Positions 1 to 14,233 are shown, counted from the stretch's first letter. The stretch: DNA of 64,000 nt from Lama glama (GCA_028534125.1 CM052850.1:5084001-5148000); one strand, 5' to 3'. Numbers and translations: made by a program. Notes: generated by a model from the sequence alone, not told the origin.

Positions 1-205
1 ACACAGATGTCTCCGACTTTCTTTGAAATACATCTAAAAAAATAAGATGGGTTGATGGATGGATAGATGGATAGATGGATAGATATATGATAAACCAAAT
101 ACAGCAAAATCCTTTTTGTAGAATTTAGGTGGTAGGTACATAGATGTTCACTTTACAATTCTTTCAACTTTTCTCTATGTTTAAAATTTGACATAATAAA
201 AATGT
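1..205 (+). mobile_element. Old L1M 3' terminus with (GATG/GATA)n
   Basis: gtagaatttaggtggtagg...ttctttcaacttttct...aataaaaatgttg resembles L1MC/ME 3' ends. Confidence 0.6.
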
Positions 206-359
206 TGAGGGAGTGGCTCACAACTCAGCATACTCCTCAAATCATCATCCAAGCTTTCTTCTTCCTTTTTCCATCTGAACTTTTTGGAAGAATAGACTAT
301 ATTCACTGTCTCTATTACTTCCGTAACTCTAAGTCACTATTTTTGCTTCAGATCTTTAA

Positions 360-2630
360 AAAAGAGATAGAACGTTGTGAATACAGCTGCAGCCCCCTTT
401 ATATCTCATCCAAACCCTTTTCCTCCCAGCTACCATGGTGTCATCACTGTTCTAATATTGGTATGTGTCTTTCCCACATGCACGTGCATGTGTGTATGCA
501 AATCCTTTGATGATTTTTTCTATTGAATTTGTGTTTTGTGCCTTCATGAAATTTCTATATACGTAATATATCTTGGCATTTACTTTTGCATTCAGTATTG
601 TGTTTTCAAGATTTATCTATGTTGATACTCCAGGATCTAGTCCATTCATTTTAATTGCTCTGTAGTTTTTGTATCATTTGAATAGTCCACTATTAATCTA
701 CATGTTCCACTACTGACGGTTGTTTCCAATTTTTTATGGTTGCAAACAATAAAGCAGTGACTATCCTTAAGGCAATTCTCCTTGTGCATCTGGAGAAGTG
801 TTTCTCTAGATATATGTCCAGAAATTGAATTGCTATGTAGTAGGGTACACACTGATTTTACTCTACAAAATATTGGCAAATTGCTTTCCACAGTGATTAT
901 ACCAATTTACTTTATCAGCAGAACATGAGGGTTTCTTATCTTCACATCCTTGCCAATATGTAGTATTGTCAGATTTTTAAATTTTGCAATTCTCATACAT
1001 ATGGAAAGCAGTCCAATTTCACATTTACATTTTCCTCTAGAAAGGTTAAGCATCTCTTGCATATACTATTGGCAGTTTGGGTTTCCCTTCCCTGAATCGC
1101 CTGTTCACACTCATTGACAAGTTATTTTTCTATTGCATGTTTGTCTTTTTCTTATTGATTTATAAAAGTTCTCTTTATGTGCTGTGCCCTAATCTTTTGT
1201 CAGTTATTTGAATTGCAAATATATTCTTTTTAGTCTTGCCTGTTAAAATTGTTCGTATCTTTCTCAACAGAAATTTTGATTTTAATTTATCTTTTTTGTT
1301 TGTTTGTTTATGGTTTAAGTTTTTCATGCCTCAAAAAAGCCTTTCCTACTGGGAAGTAATGAATATATTCTGCACTGTTATCTTCTGAAAGCTTTATTAT
1401 TCTGCCTTTCACTTTGGAGTCTTTAATCCAATGATATTTATTTATGTGTACAGTGGGAAGGATCTAATTTTCCCTTACATGATAGCTAATTGACACAGCA
1501 CCATTTATTGAGTAGTTCAGCTTTTCCCTATTTCTTTGTACTTTCACTTCTATTGTACACCAAGTTCTCATATGTGTTGCTTTCTGTTCTACAGGTCCAT
1601 TTACCTATTTATGCTCTGGTACCACACTGTGTTAATTTCTCTCCCTCATTTTTCTTTTTCAAAACTGCCTTGCCTATTCTTGGCCCTTAAGTATTCCGTG
1701 TGTATTTTAGAATCCGCTGGTCAAATTCCACAAAGCACCCTGTTGGGATTCTGACTGTAAATTTAACAAAATTTATACATCAAGGAGAATTACCTCTTTA
1801 TAATACTGAATTTTCCCTTCAAAAATATGGTACATCTCTCCTATTTTATATCTATCAATAAAGTTTTATCATTCGTTTATAGGTATTTGATTTTTTTGTT
1901 AGATTTTTTCCTGAAAACAATATGGCTTTTCTTCCCACACTAATTTCAGTATTATTAATTATTATTATTATTATTATATTTTCAAATTGGTTATTGCTTA
2001 TGTATAGGAACACCATCAGTTTTTGAATATTGATGCTGTGTTTATCAACCTTGAAATACTCTCTTATACGTATTGATTTCATGTCAAAAGATTGTCTTGA
2101 ATGTTCTGAGTAGATAATTGTATTATTTTCATATAATGACTATTTTGTTTCTTTGTTTCCAATTCCCTCCCTTTGTCTGCTTGTCTTACTGCATTGGTTG
2201 GGACCTACAGGACAATGTGGAATGGATACAATAGTCATGTCTTGTTTCTGACTTTAAAGGGATTACTTCCATTATTTCACCATTAGCTACGATATTTGCT
2301 GTAAGTTTTGATATTAAGGATTGTCTGATCTATTTCTAGTTCTCTAAGAAGACTATTTTAAAATCACAAATTGAGTGTTAAGTTTTATTAAACATTTTTT
2401 TGTATTTATTGAGGTGATAGTTTAGTTTTTGCCCTTAATTGGATGAGATAGTGAGTTACATTAGCAGATTTCCAAAAAAAAAGTATCATTATATTTCTGG
2501 GTTTAAACCCTTCTTGATTATATTTTTAAGGAACTGTAAATATTTTATTTAGTTCTTGTGTATCTATATTTATACGTGAGACAAGCTGATAACTTTCCCT
2601 TCTGGTGTCGTCCTTGTCTGGTTTGACTAT
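360..2630 (-). mobile_element. Degraded ancient L1 (L1ME-like)
   Basis: T-rich, with antisense L1 phrases (gcaaattgctttccacagtg, tcttcacatccttgccaat, caccatttattga, tttcaccatt). Confidence 0.75.
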
Positions 2631-2639
2631 CCTTCCTGG

Positions 2640-4025
2640 ATATGCAAGGGAGTTACCTCCCTACACACTCCTCAACCTGTAACTGCTCTATGACAACAGC
2701 TCTCAAAATGATATCTAAGGGGGTGAATTTAAAGCCCATATTGCAATGTCTCTGTTACATCTTACACAATCAATTCCTTCTTAAAATTTACTCATTAATA
2801 ACACTCTCCTTGTTCTCTCATACATCTCTGAGAATTCCTTCTCTACTTTCTTTGTGGGCCTTTTTATCTTTTCCCTGGAATCTCCCTTGACCAACACTCT
2901 TCTCACTCTGCAAGGCTCCCTAGGTGATCTGACACATCCTCAAGGTTTCAGCTACCACCTGTACAGAGATGAATTTCAGTGCTGTCCCTTCGTCTCAGAT
3001 CTCTCCCTTCAGTTCCAGCTTACCCTGGCTCATTCTGGCTGTCCCAAAGTCACCTGGGACTTCACATGTTTAGAAAAGGACTCCCCATCTTCTCCATTAA
3101 ACTAGTTTCTCCTCCTGCAGACACAATCTTAGCTCATGACCCCATTAGCCATATTTGTCATCCAAGAGGAAATTCTTTGGGTTCTTCTCCTTCATTTCTC
3201 AAATCAATTACCTTGCCTTGACAGTTTAGCTTCCTAAACATTACTTGATTTGTTCCACCTCCCCACTTTTATTTTCCAGGCCTCAGATAGGGCTCTTCAC
3301 CTTTTACCTGGACTAGCACAAAAATTTGCTAAAAAATCTCCATTCTCCTTTGTTTTGTCTACTTCAAATATAGATGCAACTGCAGGTGTCACCACCACCA
3401 CCTTCTAATTGTTCTCTTTACAATCACTGAAATAATTTTTTAAAAACTCTAATCTCACCATGCCACTTTGCCTCAAAGCCCTACAAAGTTTCTCCATTGC
3501 GGATAGAATGGTCTGCATTTTTTGACGTGGCATTCAAAGCCCACCGTTATCCTTACCTTTTTCTCCAGCTTTAATTACATCTTAATCTTGTCTCCAGCAA
3601 CTCAACTGCTTGTTGTTCCCTATGCATTTTTTGTCCTTCCGTGCCTTTGCCATGTTCTCCCTTCTAGAAGGCACAGCTCCATTTCCCTTCACCTCTCCTA
3701 CCCCAACCCAAACCTAACTCCCCACCCCCATCTCTACATGACTAACTTTTCACATCCTTTAAGATCCAAATCAGCTGTCAGCTCAATCAAAACCATTGCT
3801 AACACTGACCCCCTCCTGCAGGCTTCCCTAAGTGCCTCTCTTCAAAGATCTCATAGAAGTCATTGTTATTACTGCATTTTGCATTTACCATATTGCATTG
3901 TAATTATTTGCTTATGTATCCCCATTGGACAGTGAACTCATCAAAAGAAGCCATTGAGCTTTATTCATTCATACTCAAAGTCTGAGAACCTACAAATATT
4001 TGTGGAGTTCAATAAATAAATGATG
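2640..4025 (+). mobile_element. L2 fragments
   Basis: C/T-rich L2 ORF2 remnants ending in an L2-type tail (caaatatttgtgg...aataaatga). Confidence 0.6.
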
Positions 4026-5469
4026 TAGTTGAATTGAATATGCTCTTTGCAGAAACTTTTGGTCTTTCTGATAATTATTGCTTAAAATTTAGTTTTCACT
4101 AGACCTTTCCCACCAGGTAGACTTCATAAATTTATTTTTTTTGCTCTGGCTAACCAACTCTAAGAATAGTAAAAAAAAAAAAATACAAAACAAAACAAAA
4201 CCCAAAAAACTAGTGACCTATGAGTCTAGCTAATATGGTCCAGATTGGAGTATGGAACCACAGAGGAACATAGAAACAAATAAAGTAGGATAGAATGAAA
4301 GGAGAGAATACACATTGGAACACACACTGTCAATCATCCCTAACTAGGGTTTTCACTAATGGTATGGGGAGGAGTGATTACTGTTTACCAGAGGGATCAC
4401 ATTTTTAGTGGCTCCTGGATTATCTGCAAATCCAGATATCACCGTGAGGTTTATATAAATTCATCTGGAAACCCCATCCCATGTCTTATGGGAAAAACCA
4501 GTGCTCTCCACAAACTCCCTGCAGTTTTTCTGGGCTCCCCATTCTCTTGATAACCTCAGGGTTTGCTTTCTGGCTTCTGCTGAATTCCCATTTTTAATTC
4601 TCTATCTTGCAGCTGTTTCTTTATCTTCATTTGGCACCAACTCCAGGGTGGGTCCAGCCCTTCCTCCTAGCTTTCCCACCCCAAATTCATGAGGGGCAGC
4701 TGTGTGTAATAGACCCTTCCTGGAGATTCAAAGATAATGTCTGCCAGATAGGGAGCTAAATGGCAAATACGCAGCACTCTTCAGCAGCTAAGTTAAAACT
4801 GAAAACTTGATTTTCTTGCTCTATTCCTACTAAACCAAAGTTAAGCCTCCTGACATTTTCCTCAGCCCTCTCCTCCACTCTTCCTCCTCATTTACTTCTT
4901 CTCTTTTCTTCTCCAATTTCTTATGCAGAATGATTTTGTGATCTTTTTGTTGTTTCTTTCCAACACATACAGAGCCTCTACTTTCACTTCTTAGGCGTTT
5001 CTCAAGATATTATTCTAAACAAAGACAATCTTTACCTAAAGAGAATTCTTGTACCAGTTTATAAAATATTTCATTTCTTGACTAATTTCTGTCTATAAGG
5101 TATATATGTTTATGTGTCAGATAACTAAAAATTCAATATTGTTCATTTTAAGCCATGTGATTGTTTCTTCCCAACTTAATCTTTTGTAAAATCTTGTGCA
5201 GCAGAACACCTTTAGTTATTGCCAATGATTGGTGCCAGAACCAGGTAGTCACCATTGTCATTTTCAAGTCAGGACAACCAAGGAATAGTCTTTACAGAGT
5301 TATGTCTGAACTGGGTCTTAAAATAGTCTCAAGTTAATGCCTTTAAATGAACTTTCCTCATGTTTGTATGTATGTATGTGTGGCCAACCTGAATAAATTA
5401 TTTCTGAACAATAGCAAATGTTGGTGGATCTTAAATTTTTGGAATCCCAAAGAGATTTTTTTTCTCTTT

Positions 5470-6400
5470 TGGAAAGACTTGAATTCGTTATTTCCAGCAA
5501 ATATTTGTCAAGGTCCTACTGCGGGTCAAACACTGTGGTGAACCCTGGGAACTGAATGGAGAAGAAAAGAGTTGAACTCTCTGCTCCACTGGAGCTTAGA
5601 TTCCAACAGGGAACACAGTCAATAGGAAGGAAACAGACAATCACATATTGTAGTAAATTCCATGAAGAAAATCAACACGGTGTTTTTTCAGAGAGCAAGT
5701 TGGGGGAAAGGGAGGTACTTCCAACAGGGTAGTTTGGGAAGTCCTCTTTGAGCTTTGACCTGTTGTCTGAGACCTAGGGGGCTGAAGGAGACAGCCGTGC
5801 AAAGAAAGAAGATCAATTAAGAAGCCCTTGTAGTAGCCCTGGTAAGAGATGACGGTGACTTAGACTCTGTGTTTGTGCCAGTGAAGAGATAAGAAAGGAG
5901 ATGTGGTCCAACTATGTTTTGGAGACACAGCTATAGTAGCATTTGCTGATAATATATGTATTTAAAAAGAGAAAGAAAGTCAGGGATAATTTCTGTGTTT
6001 GTGGCTTGGGCAACTACATAGTTCATTTTGGCACTAAGATGAAGACTAGAAGAACAGGTTTAGGTTGGGAAATCTAGTGCTCCATTTTGGACTCATACAT
6101 TTGAGATGCCTCTTGGACATTCAAATGGAGGTATTGGATTTATGAATCTGGTGTTCTAGGAAAGGTTAGGGCTAGAAGTGTATTTTTGGAGTAATCAGCA
6201 CAGAGATGCTATTTAAAGTCACAGAATTGAATGAGCTCTCCAGAAAGAGAATTAGCCCTAGAGACCATGGCTGAGCACGGAGGCACTCCAATGTTTAGAG
6301 GTCATATACAAAAATGAGAGACAGAGAGGGACAGAGAAGAAGCAGCCAGTGAGGCAAGATAAAGCCAAGAGAGCATAGTACCTTGAAGTCAAAGAAGAGG
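5470..6400 (-). mobile_element. L2 fragment
   Basis: Antisense L2 tail (cagcaaatatttgtcaaggtcctact) followed by a purine-rich L2 body. Confidence 0.7.
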
Positions 6401-8619
6401 TGGGACAATTAATGCAGGACAGAGCCACGTCCAGTATCTATTGCATACCCAGTGCAAGATTCTGCCCAATCTGTAAGTTTTCTTAGCCCACAGACAGAAG
6501 TCAAGGAAGGTTTCTAACATCAAATCTTCCAGGAAAGGTTTTGCAACCTATTTGGGTATCTGAAGAGGCAGCATCTCAGGGCATTTGCACATGTTATGGT
6601 TATTCTAGGCTTGGTTGAACACAGTAGTGGTAGGCAGTTAACAAGTGGCTCCAGGCTGCCTTCATGTTGGCATACATTTGTTGGCTGATTCTTAGTAGAT
6701 AATTCCAAAAGATCTTTGTGATGAGAACGAACTGCAAAGGCATGATTATAAAATTAGTAAAAGCAGGATCATCTTTGTTAATTTGTGCCTAATTACTTTT
6801 TGCAGGAGGCAGTGATAACTAGGAAGAAAGAGTGGTGCCTTCTTGTCATCCAGTTCCTTGTGGTCAAGTCCAGCTCTAGAAGCATCAATGGAAAGAAACA
6901 ACTTCTCATCTTATCTTACTATAAACAGCACTGACATTCTAAAATGCATTGCTTGGATGGCAAGTCCTGTGCCAACGTAGGATACAGCCATTTTGATACA
7001 GGCTGTTTTGTTGTAGTCAATTTGCTGACACACAGCTTTGACACAGTCATTTTGATGCCAGGAACATCTTGATGTGGCTGCCTTGAAGTGGCTGTTTTGA
7101 TATGGGAACATTTTGACTCTGTCTAAAAACAAACCAATAAACTTTTCGCCAAAAAAAAGTTATTACCAAGTAATGTGCATTGACAGACCTCCTCACCCAC
7201 TCCCTGAGCCCCATCTCATCCCCACCCACCCCCATAATAGGATCTGGACTGCAGAGGAGGACAAGGGGGCCCCTGAAAGGAGAAAAATCACCATCAGAGG
7301 GGGAGAAGACTGGAAAAGGGGACCCAACTCAGCAATACAACCTGAAGAAAGAGAAATTCTGTTCCTGAACCTATCCTCACTTGCCCCTTAAGAAGAAAGC
7401 CAGCGCATCTCCACAACACTGCGAGGGACTGAAGGGACTCTCCTGGAAGAGAAACCCCCATCCTCTCCTGAGAGCTTGCCAGAGCTGTGCCATGACCAGG
7501 CATTTCTTTTCTTTTCTTTTCTTTTTCAAGCAAAAGGAAAACAAACAGAAGTTCAAAAACATGTATACTTCCTGTATTAGTGGGAGATACCCAGTAAACT
7601 GAGTAACTCCAACCAGGCATTTCTTTGACAGGACATGTACCATTGAATAAAGGACATACAATGGTGCAGGGAGGTTAAAAAGAGCCACAGCCCTGCACAC
7701 CCAAACAGGAGGCAGCAACTCCAGGCTACCAAGTGACTGATGTGGGCATGGAGGAATCAGACGGTTGGGTTGATCCATGGCTGATAGTTTGTCATTCAGA
7801 AGTGACTAGACAATAGGGAAAGGAAAATAAAATGCCTTGGGCCCACTGTTCCACTCATATTATCAGGGATCCAGTAGGAATCTATTATCAAGTGTCCTAT
7901 TAGTTGAATGGAGAATACAGACTGACTTCCTCTAGGACAAATTCTTCTCCCATCTAAGAACTCTCTCTTTAAGCAATAAAACATTTGGAAACCAGTTAAA
8001 TCATTAATATGATTAATGGTATAATTTCTCCAGTACTAGGAGTTCATATCATTTAAGCTCATGAAATAGAATGTTAAATATTTTCAAAAGATGAATCTCT
8101 GTCTATTTCTGCCACCATTATCTCTTTAAAGACTTGAAATGTTATTTAATTGAGTTTGAAGATGTACGTGGAGGGTGTTGAATGATATGCAGTATGAAAA
8201 TCTATGCAGGGCACGTGATTTGTTTCCTGGAAATATGAATTTCCCTTCTCCTCAAGCCCATCTTCTTCACCTTTCATTGCAAGCATTTCCTATTTTGTGT
8301 TAGTTTCAATCCTTTCCATTTACTCTGATTTCCATTTAGGCCAGCAGATACATATTAAATACTACCATGTGCCAGTCATTTTGCTGGGCACCACAGGGAA
8401 CAAAAATGTAAGTATGAAAAGGAAATAGCCTCTGCTCTCAGGGAATACATCAGGGGCGATGAGCCTTGTCTATAAACAAAATACAAAACAAATACAGATA
8501 TCACTAGGCACTCATGCATTTGAATATCATCTGATAAATTTCAGATGCCACAAAGTGGCATAAGCAGAATGATTTGGGACCACAATGACCAGCGTAATTA
8601 AACCCTATTGAGAGAAGGA

Positions 8620-8820
8620 AGTGGAGAAGGCATTTAACTGCATTTAGCCTACTCTGCGATAAGCACCGTGCTAAGTGCTTTACATATCTTATCTCTTTTA
8701 ATCCTCCCAGCAGCCCCATTTTACATAGGAGGCAGCTCAGCAACATTAAGTACCTTTCCCAAGGTCACACCGCTCAGGTTTTGAATTTGAACCAAATTCA
8801 AACCTGGAAGAATCCACACT
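8620..8820 (-). mobile_element. MIR
   Basis: gtgctaagtgctttacatat...cccattttaca...cccaaggtcacac core. Confidence 0.75.
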
Positions 8821-9819
8821 CCTTTCAGTCCCCTCAAGGAAGGCAGCAGTGTGGATTACAGTTGAGTCCAGAGAAGAACTGGCAGCTTTTGACACCTATG
8901 TTTGAAAGGATGACTTTGGGTTATTAAAACTGTCTAAACAGAAGGTAAAACAAATGGTAGCCATAGCCAATCTGGATCCACCACTGAGCAATTCAGCAGG
9001 CACTTCGATCAAAATAGCTATTTGGTAAATACAACTTTATATAAGCTTTGTCAGGTTGTCGATGACAGCAACAAAAAAAAGTAATAAAAACATAATGTTC
9101 ACCTTTTTCAATGAATATACCAATTCTTTAGCTTCTTGAATGCAGAAAGTTACATTTGTCTCCAATGAGAAAACTTAATAATAACAAACATTTACTGAAT
9201 ATTTACTAATGTTGGGCTCTGTGCTGAAAATAAAGAATCAGGAACTGAGAGCATGGATTTAGAACCAGGTTTAGAGGGTTCAAATCTTGGCTTTACCACC
9301 CATTAATTATTACCTTCACCAGGTTACTTAACCTCACTGGGCCTTAAATTCTTCATCTGAAAGACTTCATAGTGTCTGGTAAATAAATATCTGGTAAGAT
9401 TAGCTGTTATTATGAAGTTGGAATATGTTTAACTACTGTCCTGGATAATGAGGGAGGTTCCTGAGTACATCCACCCAGGAATAAATCCAGGCATCCATCT
9501 TTGGGGCTCACTGCAAGGTGGGAGTCACACAACAGAGTAAGCATAAAGAAACCAAGATTCAGAGCATGGTGGCCACCACTCCTGCTAGAGGCCCTGTAAA
9601 ATAAGGGGAAGTCTGCTGTAGAAGAGAAGTCTTTAAATAACACCAAAGGGAAGTTGAGCTGGCAGAGCCACAGTGCTGAACAAAATTCCAGGGAAGTCAG
9701 GTAGTCCGCTCCCACTCATGCCTGGCTTCTCCAACAACCCCCTGACAGCATCTCTGATAGTCAGGCTCTGAAATAACCCCAACGGCCGACATCTGTCACG
9801 TTTCCTACAGTCCCCTCCC

Positions 9820-10175
9820 ACACTGCACCAGGGCTGATCTATGTACTAGGGCAGAAGTGATCGTAGGACACAGCCAAGATTAAGTAATAAAAGACACTAT
9901 GTCTTCTGTCTTGGTCTCTCCTCTTCCCTCTTTCAGATCACTCATTCTGGGGGAGGCCGTCTGCCATGTCTTGAGCTCCAATCAAGTCTTCAGATGATGG
10001 CAGCCCAGCCAAAGGCTTCACTGCAGTCTCTAGAGAGACCTTGAGTGAAAACCACCCAGCTAAGCCACACCCAGATTCCTAACACTCAGCAGCTGGGAAA
10101 TAATCAATGTTTATTTATTTCCTTTGACTGCTAAGTTTGGGGGTAATTTGTTACTGCGCAACAGATAACCAGCAG
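9820..10175 (+). mobile_element. MaLR LTR (MLT1-type)
   Basis: ccacccagctaagcc...ccagattcct...ctgctaagtttgggggtaatttgttactgcgcaacagataac end motif. Confidence 0.75.
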
Positions 10176-10267
10176 AGTGTCTGGCAATAGATAACTTGCT
10201 GAGTTATCCCTCATTCCTTTGGGCTTAGATCTGATAAGTCTTCACTTCTCTCCAGTGACACCGTCCT

Positions 10268-10325
10268 ACACACACCCATGCACACACACATACACACACA
10301 CATACACACAAACACACGCAGACAC
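10268..10325. repeat. Imperfect (CA)n microsatellite
   Basis: Direct reading. Confidence 0.9.
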
Positions 10326-10822
10326 CCTTTTCTCTCAGTTCCTTTTTTTCTCTCCAGGAAGTAGGGAATCTTTTCTACAGGGAAAATCAATTGCCCAAGA
10401 CAATCCTTCTCTTGCTGTTGGCTTCAGATGTATTGTTTGCCTGGCCTAATCTTCTTAATAGGTTTAGGTGTGCCGTAATTAGAAAGACATTTTTTCCTTC
10501 ACTTCCCCTTCCCCAATCTACTTCCAGAAGTAGATCACAAAAAAACAGTTCCAGGAAGGAAATTTGCTAATAACTTAAAAAGTTAACATATCAAAAATAT
10601 CCCACCAAATGCATCATCTCCTTTAACAACCCTATGAGGTACGTGTCCATATTATCTCCATCTTATAGACAAGAGGTTCTCTTGCTGGAGGTCACATAGC
10701 TGGTCGGTAGCCTCAGCAGGATTGAATCTCAAGTTTGACTCCAGAGCCTGAGCTTTTAACTATCAATACCACCTCCTTACACCAGTTAGTTCAATGTCGT
10801 GATATTAGAATCTAATGGAGTC

Positions 10823-10950
10823 GGGGAGGGCATAGCTCAGTGGTTGAGTGTGTGTTTAGCATGCATGAGGTCCTGGGTTCACTCCCCAGTACCTCCGTTT
10901 AAAAATAAATGAACCTAATTACCTCCCCCCAAAACAAAACAAATAAAAAG
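10823..10950 (+). mobile_element. Camelid tRNA-derived SINE (Vic-1-like)
   Basis: GGGGAGGGCATAGCTCAGTGG...GGTCCTGGGTTCACTCCCCAGTACCTCC, aacctaattacctcccc tail; TSD tagaatctaatg 10806-10817 / 10951-10962. Confidence 0.9.
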
Positions 10951-11399
10951 TAGAATCTAATGAAAAGGTGAGATTTGTGGGGTCTGCTTATCCACAGTAA
11001 ATACAGCACCTAAAATGAATCATTAATGAATATTAACTCTAAGAAATATTTATTTATCTAAGTCCAGTCAAGTAGCTGATGTATCCACCTATGTTTCAAA
11101 CTTGTTTGTAGAGTAGGATCAAACACTTGCCCAGGCAAACTCCTGGGTCTCCTACAAAGCAACGAATTTGGCTGAACGCGTACATCACAGTGGGTGGGGT
11201 TCTCCGACTTCACTCCAGACCTGGGGGACCCTCATGGTACGTTCCCTTCCATTCTCCAAAGCAGCTCTCTTACAAGTTCTTGTCTCTCTGAAAATCTGCA
11301 GCCATCCTTCCCACCCACACAGATCACTTCTCCTTCCCTCTCAGCAAATGACTCAACACCCACTGATAGGGAAAGTACAAGGCACCAGATGATAACTAC

Positions 11400-12700
11400 C
11401 TCAAATTCCTACCACAATCCTGCAGTCCAGCCTCCCACCAGATGCACCTCATCCTCCTTCTCTGTGCTCGTGTTGGAAGTCCCCCTTCCCCTCTGAAGCT
11501 TCCCCTCTGAATGCCTGTCCTTTGAATCCCAGACCCTCCCACTGTCCTATTGATTTCTCCTTCTCTCTTCATTATTCACCTTTCCCTCCCCGACTAAATC
11601 CTTTCATCAGTATTTTAAAATGTTCAAATCTCTGCATAATCAATAAAAACAAAACAAATAAACAAACAAGCACCATCCCACGGCCTCTGCACTTTCTCTT
11701 CCCCTTCTCAGCCACACGTCTCTAGGAATTGTCTACACTTGGTGTCACGACTGCTCTATCCCCCGCACACTCCTCACCCCCACCACATCATGGCACACGC
11801 CATCAACGTTTTTGTCAATCTGCATCTCTGAGGGTACCAATGACCTTCTTATTGCAAAATCCTAGGGCCACTGCTCACTCCATTTATTTCTTCACCTCTC
11901 AGTGTTTGACACTATGGTTCGCCATCTCTTGAACTGCTTTCTTTGCTTGGCTGGATTTTCTTTCTACTTTTCTGGCTGTATTTCTTTTAAGCTTCTCTTT
12001 TGCCAGCCATCTCTTTCCCTGTGTTGGGTCCTTTTCATTTCTCAATCTACACACTTTCCCTGAGTGGCCCCATCCACTCCCTTGCCTTTAGTTACTGTCT
12101 ATTTGCCTGTGATTCAAATCCACAATTCTGGCCTAGATCGCCCCTCTGGGACTGGTATGTGTGTATATCAACCTGTCTCGTGAACATGTCCACTCAGATG
12201 GTCTGGAGGCACTTCATGGTCTTCAAACTCTTAACTGCTCCAAAGGCACCTACCTTTCCCTCCCAGCCTCTTCTTTCTGCTGGGTTCCCCGTGCCAGTGA
12301 ATGGTCCTACCATTTACCCAAAGCTAGAAATGTGAGTGTCATTCTCAACTTCTTCTCCCTCATCTGTACCCCATTTCCAGTCAAGTCTGAGTCTGATGAT
12401 TATACCTTTAAATATCTCTGGAATCCACTTACTTACTTTCATTTCATCTACCACTGCCTAAGCCAAGCCCCCATCTTTTCTACCCAGGATTACCCCAAGC
12501 AACTCCTGGCTGGTCCGCTTGCCTCCAGCTTGTCCATCTCGAATCCATTCTCTATCATGCAGCCAGTGATTTTTCTAAAGTGCAAATTTTTCAAGATAAA
12601 ACCCTCACTTCTTGGCATGGTATGTGTGGCCTCTTGTGACCTGGCCATCTGTCACCAAGCTCTCTTTTGTCCCCTCTGCTCCCAGACAGTCTTCTATCTG
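11400..12700 (+). mobile_element. L2 fragment
   Basis: accaatgaccttcttattgcaaaatcc, atctacacactttccctg, ttaaatatctctggaatcca typical of L2. Confidence 0.7.
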
Positions 12701-13009
12701 GCCTCGATGAGCTGAGACTGGATTCTCTGCTAAAAAAAAATTTCCTTAGTCTCAATCTAACTCCTTCTCTGGAACATCTTCTCACCTCCACCAACTTATA
12801 TGTCTGTGTGTTCCTACCTCTTTTGGATTAGGGTGAAGTACTTTCCTAGGCAGGCTCTTGAATCTCATGCAAAGCAGGGAATTTGGCTAAATACGTATGT
12901 CGTGGTGATGGGCAGCTTAGGTCGATATATCCCTTAGATACTTGCTGATGTCCCACACTTCTTTCAGTCATAGTACACTTGTCTGTTTTCTCTCTTTAGA
13001 CCCAAGGCA

Positions 13010-13330
13010 CTTTGAGTACAATGGTTAAGAATTCAGGCCCTGGAGCAAGATTGCCTGGATTCAGAATCAGACTCTGCAATGTCCTAATTTGGTGCCATTA
13101 GACAACTTGCTAATCTGTGCCTTCATTTTGCCATCTGCAAAATGGAGATGCTAAAGTACCTACAGAGTTCTTGCTAAGATTAAGTGAGAAAAGCTAAGTA
13201 TAGCATTTTGAATGGCTCCTGGCACATAGTGAGCACTCTAAAGAAGGCTGTTACTACTTTTGAAGGCAGGTACTGTGTCATTTATCTCCACAGAGCTACT
13301 CACTAAATATTTATGAAATGAATAAATGAA
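13010..13330 (+). mobile_element. MIR plus L2 tail
   Basis: ggttaagaattcaggccctggagc...catctgcaaaatggag...cctggcacatagtgagcactc. Confidence 0.75.
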
Positions 13331-13780
13331 GGAAATGTTTGTATCTAAACTTGTCATCAAAATTCTTAACATTAACACCAAAGTGAATAAGAAATACACT
13401 AAGCACCGCACATAAAAATTACATCAGTATGGTTGCTGGTCACTTGGAGCTTTTTGGAAATGAGGTCATTCTATTTCTACCCGAGTGCTCAGGGAATTAT
13501 ACTCCCTTGAGGGGGAAGGTCTGAATCGAACAGGACACCTCAAGGTTCTTGAAGGCGTCATGACTGACTCTGAGGTAATGTCTTCTTTACATAAATGTGA
13601 CTGTTTAAGAGCAAGGAAACATGAAGGTAACTGTTTTAACTTGTTTTCCAACAATTTAAGACTGCAGGGCCCTCCCTTCTGCCAGTGTCACAGACATCTG
13701 TAATCTCACTCATCCTGCTCAAGGAGAGGGCTGTGTTCCGGGGGTGCTTTCCCTTCCAGAGTCAGAGATGCCAGACTTTA

Positions 13781-13922
13781 CCATTTTTCATTTGTTTGGG
13801 TTTATTTTGGTGGGGGGAGGTAATTAGGTTTATTTACTTATTTTTAATGGCGGTGCTGGGGATTGAACCCAGGACCCCACGCACGTTAGGCACGCACTCT
13901 ACCACTGAGCTATACCCTCCCC
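13781..13922 (-). mobile_element. Vic-1-like SINE
   Basis: Reverse complement of the same head and tail; TSD gatgccagacttta / gacgctagacttta. Confidence 0.9.
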
Positions 13923-14207
13923 TGTGACGCTAGACTTTAGTTCAGACTTCACAAACTTGTATGATTTAAAAGTCAGTTTTTATTAGTGACACTATATTCC
14001 TACCACAGTCCTGCAAACTGGCCTCCCACCCGATGCTTAGTTTGATCAGAGAAGAGATAGAAACAGAATAAAATTGTTTAGCAGAGGTGGGTTTGTTTCC
14101 AAAGAAACAGTCTAAGAGGGAACTGAGGCCACCTAAGAGAGTTTCAGAGTAGGAGAAAAAGCCGGACCAGACTTAGGCACGGCACCAAGCTGCCAAATGT
14201 GTGTGGG

Positions 14208-14233
14208 GTGTGTGTGTGTGTGTGTGTGTGTGT
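14208..14233. repeat. (GT)n microsatellite
   Basis: Direct reading. Confidence 0.9.

Noticed and set aside
10823-10900. tRNA-like sequences with A/B boxes (nine copies across the window)
   Set aside because: They are SINE heads: shared non-tRNA tail, A-rich ends, TSDs and degenerate stems. They are not tRNA genes, and not a CRISPR-like array because they are dispersed.
12161-12715. 184-aa ORF and the many other 60-170 aa ORFs
   Set aside because: They lie in decayed L2/L1/MIR or span N gaps, with no domain, splice or codon support
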